A stretch of DNA of 64,000 nucleotides. Origin: Burkholderiales bacterium. Lineage in GTDB: Bacteria; Pseudomonadota; Gammaproteobacteria; Burkholderiales; SG8-41. The notes under the pieces were generated by a model that made no database searches, was not told the origin of the DNA, and saw only the letters and a list, made by a program, of their open reading frames with translations. This document shows, piece by piece, positions 58,602-64,000 of the stretch. The position numbers and the translations under genes are program-made. The stretch spans positions 16,857-80,856 of the forward strand of contig JALHND010000002.1 of NCBI GenBank assembly GCA_022843705.1. The letters run 5' to 3'. Numbering within the stretch: position 1 is the stretch's first letter; every line of letters begins with the position of its first letter.

Positions 58602-59961
58602 GCCACCCACTGGCGCGCTGTGCCGCCACCACTTCGTCGACGATTTCCGGCGCGCGGCCGACATAGGTGGTCGGATCCAGCGCCGCCTTCAGTTCCGCCG
58701 CCGACAAGGCCGCCTTGATCTGGGCATTTTTCATCAGCGCAGCCTCGAAGGAGATGTTGTTTTCAATGCCATCCATCGAAATCTCGTACACCAGGTCATG
58801 CGCGGTCTGCTTGCCGACCTTTTCCGACAACACGAACATCACCCGCTCCGACAGCAGGAAGCCGCCGAGGCGATCGAGGTTTTCGCGCATCCGCTTGACA
58901 TCGACATGCAGGTCGCCCAGCACATATTTCATGATCGACAACATGCCGCCCATGATCAGGCAGCATTCCGGAATCGCCTTCCACTCGCCGCGCCAGGCCG
59001 AGCCGTCGCGTTCATGCTCGATCAGCATCGACTCCAGCATGTAGGGCACGTTGTAACGCAGCGCGCGGCTGGCTCCGACCACCGCCTCGCAGCTCGAGGG
59101 ATTGCGCTTGTGCGGCATCGTCGAGGAACCGACCTTGCCGGCGCTGAAGGGCTCGTAGAGCTCGCCGATCTCGGTGTGTTCGAGGATGATGATCTCGTTG
59201 GCGATCTTGGCCAGCGTCGAGCTGATCAGGCCCAGCAGGTTGACGTACTCGGCAAAGCGGTCGCGCGCCGGCTGCCAGTTGATGTCGGCGACGCCGAGGC
59301 CGAGCCGCTTCATCAGCCGCTGCTCCAGTTCCTTGGCCTTCGGGCCGAAGGAGGCCTGGGTGCCGACCGCACCGACCATGCCGCCGACAAACACCCGCGG
59401 CTCGACTTCACGCATGCGTTCGTAATGGCGGCCCATCTCCGACAGCCAGATCGCCGCCTTGTGGCCGAAGGTGATCGGCAGCGCCTGCACGCCGTGCGAA
59501 CGCCCGACCATCGGCGTGTCGCGGTGCTTCTCGCACAGCTTCACCAGCGCGTTGCCGATGGCCTTCATGTCGCGCAGGTAGATCGCGTGCGCCTCCTTGA
59601 TCTGCAGCATCACCGCCGTGTCGAGCACGTCCTGGGTGGTCGGGCCGAAGTGGATGTATTCACCCTGGTCACCCTGGCACAGCTTCTGCACCGCCTTCAC
59701 CGCCGGCACCAGCGGATGCTTGATGCGGCGGATCTCGGTGGCCACCGCGTCGACGTCGATTTTCGAGACTTTCGCGTTGGCTGCGATGTCGGCCGCGGCC
59801 GCTTTCGGAATGATGCCCAGCTCGCCCTGTTCGATTGCCAGCGCCGCCTCGAAATCCAGCCACTTCTGCACGCGGTTGTGGTCGTTGAATATCGCCCGCA
59901 GCTCGTCCGTGCTCCAAAGGTGCTTGATCAATGCGTCGTCAAATACTCCGGATACCATCAC
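58594..59961 (-). CDS. fumarase/aspartase-superfamily lyase (adenylosuccinate lyase / 3-carboxy-cis,cis-muconate cycloisomerase-like)
   Basis: 455-aa ORF with the signature GSSTMPHKRNP. Confidence 0.88.
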   Translation of the reverse strand: MMVSGVFDDALIKHLWSTDELRAIFNDHNRVQKWLDFEAALAIEQGELGIIPKAAAADIAANAKVSKIDVDAVATEIRRIKHPLVPAVKAVQKLCQGDQGEYIHFGPTTQDVLDTAVMLQIKEAHAIYLRDMKAIGNALVKLCEKHRDTPMVGRSHGVQALPITFGHKAAIWLSEMGRHYERMREVEPRVFVGGMVGAVGTQASFGPKAKELEQRLMKRLGLGVADINWQPARDRFAEYVNLLGLISSTLAKIANEIIILEHTEIGELYEPFSAGKVGSSTMPHKRNPSSCEAVVGASRALRYNVPYMLESMLIEHERDGSAWRGEWKAIPECCLIMGGMLSIMKYVLGDLHVDVKRMRENLDRLGGFLLSERVMFVLSEKVGKQTAHDLVYEISMDGIENNISFEAALMKNAQIKAALSAAELKAALDPTTYVGRAPEIVDEVVAAQRASGWLK

Positions 59962-59988
59962 AACCTCCAGTCGGTTGATTTTTTCGGG

Positions 59989-60894
59989 TCAGGCGGACAG
60001 CGCGCGGTTGTCCGGAACCTTCATGAACGATTCCATCGCATGCCAGAACTTGTGGCGGTTGATGCCCAGCGTCGCGGCATGGGCAAGGCCCGACACGAAC
60101 ACGAACTGCTTGTCCTTGCTCGGCAGCTTGCCGAAGAAGTTCAGCAGATCCGGTTCGGCGGCGATGCCGTCGTATTCGCCGCGGATGATGCACACCGGGC
60201 AGGTGATTTTCAGCGGATCGATCACCGGCAGGTTGGCGCACATGTCGAGATAGGTGCCGGTGGGCACCGAATCGCCCAGCGGCAGTTCGGCATCGGCCAG
60301 CGCGTCGGCGGCGATCATTTCGGAAGTGCCCGGCTTGTCGCGGGTGAACATGCTGTGGATGAAGGCGCGGTCGACCTTGCGCCGCGGGCTGGCGCGGTAC
60401 TCCTCGACCTTCTCCCTGCGTTTGGCCAGCGTCGGCGAGCCCTCGCCGGTGTAGACCAGCGCCGACACCATCAGCCGTTTGACGCGGCCCGGATTCTGCT
60501 GCGCATACAGGGCCGCGCGCAATGCGCCCGACGAGCCGCCGTACATGTACACCTCGCGCGCGCCGGTTTCGCGCTCGACGACCTGCATTGCCGCAGCGAG
60601 ATCCTGCGCGCCGGAGGCAATATCGGAATTGCTGTCGGTGCGGTCCGAGCGGCCGTAACCTTCGTGGTCCACGGTCCACACGTCGTAACCGAGTCCGGCA
60701 AAATGATCCATCAGCGAATAATCGCCGCGACCCGGCACGCTGAGGTCGAAACTCGAACGGCCCGAGGCCGAGGAGCCGTGCACCAGGAACAGCACCGGCG
60801 CTCCCTTTGGCGCGCCGGCCGCGTGTTTGCGGTAGACATAGAGTTTGACACTGCCTTTTTGCGCCTGGTATTCCCCGGCCCTGATCTGCGCCAT
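59989..60894 (-). CDS. alpha/beta hydrolase
   Basis: 301-aa ORF with the HG oxyanion segment (LFLVHGSS) and a nucleophile-elbow-like YMYGGSSGAL. Confidence 0.8.
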   Translation of the reverse strand: MAQIRAGEYQAQKGSVKLYVYRKHAAGAPKGAPVLFLVHGSSASGRSSFDLSVPGRGDYSLMDHFAGLGYDVWTVDHEGYGRSDRTDSNSDIASGAQDLAAAMQVVERETGAREVYMYGGSSGALRAALYAQQNPGRVKRLMVSALVYTGEGSPTLAKRREKVEEYRASPRRKVDRAFIHSMFTRDKPGTSEMIAADALADAELPLGDSVPTGTYLDMCANLPVIDPLKITCPVCIIRGEYDGIAAEPDLLNFFGKLPSKDKQFVFVSGLAHAATLGINRHKFWHAMESFMKVPDNRALSA

Positions 60895-61012
60895 GCGATG
60901 CTCCGTTCAGTGAATTGAGCGCCGATTATCGCACCGCAGGCGAGGCCGCCGCCCGCAGTCCGAATGCTGGTCGCAGTGTACACTCGCGACATCCACCGTC
61001 ACGGAGCACTGC

Positions 61013-61834
61013 ATGGACGCAGCACCTTCGAAAATCGTCAGCCTGTCCGCGCTGGCCAAACTGATCCCGGACGGCACCGCGCTGGGTCTCGGCGGCGTAT
61101 TCCTGCATCGCGGCCCCTTCGCGCTGGTGCGCGAACTGGTACGGCAGCAGCGCCGGCGGCTGGAGATCATCAAGCCCTCCCCCGGTTACGACCTCGACCT
61201 GCTGTGCCGCGCCGGTGCAGTCGCCAAAGTGCGCGCCGGCATTGTCGCGATGGAAGGCAATTTCGGCCTTGCACGCTGGTACCGCAAGGCCATCGAGCGC
61301 AAGGAGGCGCATCTCGAGGAACATGCCTGAATGACCCTGGTCGCGGGGCTGCGTGCAGCCTCCTACGGAATTCCCTTCCAGCCGGTGGCCGGCGTGCACG
61401 GCAGCGAACTGGCGCGCATCAACGGCTGGCAGACACTGCGCGATCCCTACGGCTCGGACAACGAGGTCTATGTCATTCCGGCGCTGAGCCCCGACATCGC
61501 GGTGATCCATGCCGCGGAAATCGACGATGAAGGCAATGCCCGGGTCTACGGTTCGCCGTTCTGGGACCATCCGCTGACCCGCGCCGCAAAACGCGTGCTG
61601 GTCACCGCCGAAAAACTCGTGCCCACCGACCGCCTGCGCGAACAACCCGAACTGACGCTGGTGCCGGGTTTCATGGTCGAGGCCGCGGCCATCGTGCCGC
61701 GGGGCGCATGGCCGGGCTCGATGCACCCGTACTACGACATCGACTACCCCGCGGTCGAACGCTACATGGAAGACCGCGACGGCGTGCTTGAACAACATCT
61801 CGCCGATGCCCCGGAAGCCGATTCATCGCGCTGA
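61013..61834 (+). pseudogene. glutaconate-type CoA-transferase subunit A (GctA-like), interrupted by an in-frame TGA at 61328-61330
   Basis: Track ORFs 61013-61330 and 61331-61834 are in the same frame. Joined, they read ...AHLEEHA*MTLVAGLRAASYGIPFQPV..., a continuous GctA-like sequence of ~272 aa. Confidence 0.7.
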
Positions 61835-62348
61835 ACCCGCGCCGGTGGTGCACGGCTTCGCTCCGCTGGCCGATGCCGGCGCGCGCGTGCTGATACTGGG
61901 CAGCATGCCGGGCGCCGAATCCCTGCGCGCGGGGCAGTACTATGCCCATCCGCGCAACGCGTTCTGGCGCATCATGGGTGACCTCGTCGGCGCCGGACCC
62001 GGCCTCGCCTACGCAACGCGCACGCGCCGGCTGAAATCCGCGGGCATCGCGCTGTGGGATGTGCTCGCCGCCTGCGCGCGCAAAGGCAGCCTTGATGCCG
62101 ACATCGATCCCGACTCGGTGATCACCAATGAGCTGCCGGCCTTTTTTATGCGTCATCCGCGGATCACGCATGTGTTTTTCAACGGCGCCACCGCCGAACG
62201 CTGCTTCCGCATCCATGTGCAGCCGGCGCTGGAATCGGGTGCGCTGCGCTTGCAACGGCTGCCCTCGACCAGCCCGGCGCATGCCGCGATGGACTACCGG
62301 CGCAAGCTGCAGGCTTGGCAGGTCATTCTGAAGTCCATAAAAATATGA
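61806..62348 (+). CDS. DNA-deoxyinosine (hypoxanthine) glycosylase, UDG family 6-like
   Basis: ORF 61788-62348 trimmed to the ATG at 61806. The LILGSMPGAESLRAGQYYAHPRNAFWRIMG motif is typical of this family. It overlaps the gctA-like 3' end by 29 nt. Confidence 0.75.
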   Translation: MPRKPIHRAEPAPVVHGFAPLADAGARVLILGSMPGAESLRAGQYYAHPRNAFWRIMGDLVGAGPGLAYATRTRRLKSAGIALWDVLAACARKGSLDADIDPDSVITNELPAFFMRHPRITHVFFNGATAERCFRIHVQPALESGALRLQRLPSTSPAHAAMDYRRKLQAWQVILKSIKI

Positions 62349-62372
62349 ATAAAAACAGATACTTATGAACAA
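62337..62372 (+). repeat. AT-rich element, copy 8
   Basis: Reads CATAAAAATATGAATAAAAACAGATACTTATGAACA. It contains the TGA stop of the glycosylase gene (62346-62348) and the ATG of the EamA gene (62365-62367). Confidence 0.8.
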
Positions 62373-63234
62373 TGCCTTGCTGCTGTCCATCAGCAGCGCA
62401 CTGTGTTTCGGCCTGGGCATGGTCACTTCGCGCATCGGCCTGCGGCAGCTTGATGCACGCTCGGGCGCCGCCATCAGCATCCCCTCGGCCACGCTGCTGT
62501 TCCTCGCAACCGCGCCCTTCACCATCGAACTGACGGCCTTCAACACCGGCGCCGCATTGATATTCGCCGCGGTCGGCCTGTTTTATCCGGCGCTGGTCAC
62601 ACTGCTCACCTTCCGCTCCAACGAGGAACTCGGCCCGACCGTGACCAGCGCGATCTCCGGCACCGCGCCGCTGTTCGCGATGCTCGCCGCAGTGCTGTTT
62701 CTCGGAGAACACGTGCCGCCGCAGGCAACGGCCGCGGCAATCGGCGTCGCCGCCGGTGTCGCCCTGCTGTCATGGCAGCCCGGGGCGCTGCGCGCAGGTT
62801 TTTCAGGCCGCGCACTGCTGTGGCCGGTCGCCGGCGCCATCCTGCGCGGAGCGGCCCAGGCCGGCGCGAAGGCGGGCCTGCTGCTGTGGGGCAATCCCTT
62901 TGCCGCCGGAGTCATCGGCTACCTCGTGTCCTCGGCGGCGGTGACCGGCGCCGATCGCCTGCGCGCCGGAAAACCCGGCAGGATTCCGCGCAGCGGCCTG
63001 CTCTGGTTTGTGCTGACCGGACTGATCAACGGCGGCGCCATGCTGCTGATGTATGCCGCGCTGGCCATCGCGCCGGTGTCGACCGTGGCGCCGGTGATTG
63101 CCGCCTATCCGCTGGTCACCGCGCTCGCCACTGCGCTGTTCCTGCGCGGCGAAATCCTCAATGCGCGCATCATTGCCGGAGCCGTCATCACGGTTGCGGC
63201 CATTGCCTGGCTGGCCGGCAGCCGCGCAGCCTGA
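62365..63234 (+). CDS. EamA/DMT-family transporter
   Basis: 289-aa ORF with ten hydrophobic helices in two EamA-like halves. Confidence 0.85.
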   Translation: MNNALLLSISSALCFGLGMVTSRIGLRQLDARSGAAISIPSATLLFLATAPFTIELTAFNTGAALIFAAVGLFYPALVTLLTFRSNEELGPTVTSAISGTAPLFAMLAAVLFLGEHVPPQATAAAIGVAAGVALLSWQPGALRAGFSGRALLWPVAGAILRGAAQAGAKAGLLLWGNPFAAGVIGYLVSSAAVTGADRLRAGKPGRIPRSGLLWFVLTGLINGGAMLLMYAALAIAPVSTVAPVIAAYPLVTALATALFLRGEILNARIIAGAVITVAAIAWLAGSRAA

Positions 63235-63255
63235 AGTGCCCGATATACTCCCGCC

Positions 63256-63984
63256 ATGGACTGGACACCCTTTTCCTTCATCGTCGTCAACCTCGCGCGC
63301 CAGATCCGCGCCGGCGAAATCACCTTCAGCGGCGTCAACTCGACATTGCCGATGCTCGCCTGCCTGCTCGCCAAACGCGCCTTCGATTTTCCGTTCACCT
63401 ACATCAACGTCGCCGGCGGCGTCGAACCGCAGCCGGTCGAGGTGCCGCTGTCGAGCAGCGATCCGGCCATCGTTCACGGCTCGCCGGCGATTTTCGCCAA
63501 CCAGGATTTCTACGACCTCTGCGCGCGCGGCGGCCTCGACCTTGTGTATCTCGGCTGCGCGCAGATCGACGCCGAAGGCCGCACCAACGTCTCGGCAATC
63601 GGCTCCTGGGAAAATCCGAAAGTGCGCCTGCCGGGCGGCGGCGGTGCCGCGGTGATGCTGCCGACCGCAAAACGCGTCGTCACCTGGCGCACCGACCACA
63701 CACCGCGCGCGCTGGTCGACAAACTCGATTTCGTCACCGCCTCCGGAAACATGACGGCGCTGGTGACGCCGCTGGCGGTGTTCCTGCGCGATCCGCGGGC
63801 CGGCTCACGCTTCCGGCTCGAGGTTTTCAACCCGCAAACCACGGTTGAAGACATCGTCACCCGCACCGGATTCCGTTTCGAATACGGCGCGGCAAAACCT
63901 GCGCTGCCGATGACCGATGGCGAACGGCAGGCACTCGAGCTGCTCGACACCGGCGGACGTTTTTCCGCGGCCTTCAAGGGCTGA
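63256..63984 (+). CDS. glutaconate-type CoA-transferase subunit B (GctB-like)
   Basis: 242-aa ORF with GVNSTLPMLA..., AQIDAEGRTNVS and RLPGGGGAAVM, typical of family I CoA-transferase beta subunits of the GctB type. Confidence 0.8.
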   Translation: MDWTPFSFIVVNLARQIRAGEITFSGVNSTLPMLACLLAKRAFDFPFTYINVAGGVEPQPVEVPLSSSDPAIVHGSPAIFANQDFYDLCARGGLDLVYLGCAQIDAEGRTNVSAIGSWENPKVRLPGGGGAAVMLPTAKRVVTWRTDHTPRALVDKLDFVTASGNMTALVTPLAVFLRDPRAGSRFRLEVFNPQTTVEDIVTRTGFRFEYGAAKPALPMTDGERQALELLDTGGRFSAAFKG

Positions 63985-64000
63985 AGCGCTGCGGGCTGCG

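Noticed and set aside
58798-60918. A very long (706-aa) plus-strand ORF. Similar long antisense ORFs lie at 40757-42415, 7138-8517, 16389-17768, 44657-46003, 4891-6057, 18012-19328 and 62772-63848.
   Set aside because: Each lies antisense to a CDS with clear family signatures. Their translations are Arg/Gly/Ala/His-rich low-complexity strings without recognisable motifs. This is the expected artefact of stop-codon-poor GC-rich DNA.
60975-60984. A perfect 10-bp palindrome, AGTGTACACT, 29 nt upstream of the gctA-like start, as a possible operator.
   Set aside because: It is a single short palindrome with no adjacent regulator gene and no second copy seen. It cannot be distinguished from chance without comparative data.
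61328-61380. Selenocysteine recoding of the in-frame TGA in the gctA-like gene. A GGCTG-CGTG-CAGCC hairpin lies 16 nt downstream.
   Set aside because: The hairpin is only 5 bp and does not resemble the extended bacterial SECIS. The TGA does not align with a catalytic Cys as far as I can judge. No selA/selB/selD genes are in the window, and no selenoprotein CoA-transferase of this type is known to me. It is kept only as a remote alternative in the finding.

Overview
This is a GC-rich bacterial chromosomal segment, roughly two-thirds G+C by eye (not computed). Its gene content is typical of a Burkholderiales-type betaproteobacterium; that placement is an inference from the expansion of Bug/TctC receptors. 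I can support about 62 CDS, one tRNA-Arg(CCT), several intrinsic terminators and three operator/promoter sites. The coding content is dominated by organic-acid uptake and catabolism. It includes six Bug/TctC solute receptors but only one TctBA membrane module, three MFS transporters and one EamA transporter. It also includes TcuAB, a LigJ-like hydratase, PrpD-, PrpF-, LeuCD-, PdxA-, HpcH- and BKACE-family enzymes, a fused oxoprolinase, GabD, a fluoroacetate-dehalogenase-like hydrolase and a GctAB-like CoA-transferase. I saw no rRNA, CRISPR array, transposase, integrase, phage genes or recognisable defence genes. The signals not explained by ordinary annotation are five. (1) A family of 35-40 bp AT-rich elements, with 8 clear copies, carries an IHF-consensus core. 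Six of the eight overlap the stop codon of a co-oriented upstream gene. Two also supply the downstream start codon, and one sits in frame inside the oxoprolinase gene. (2) Two ~90 bp palindromic REP/MITE-like elements have arms made of three 9-nt CAGGAT units. (3) A CoA-transferase A-subunit gene is interrupted by an in-frame TGA followed directly by ATG, and is separated from its B subunit by a two-gene insert. (4) A near-perfect Fur box precedes hemP and three unrecognised small ORFs. (5) There are several orphan catabolic clusters and an unexplained 450 bp low-GC spacer inside the tctC-tctBA unit. All family calls come from reading the translated ORFs against remembered family signatures. 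No database search was run.
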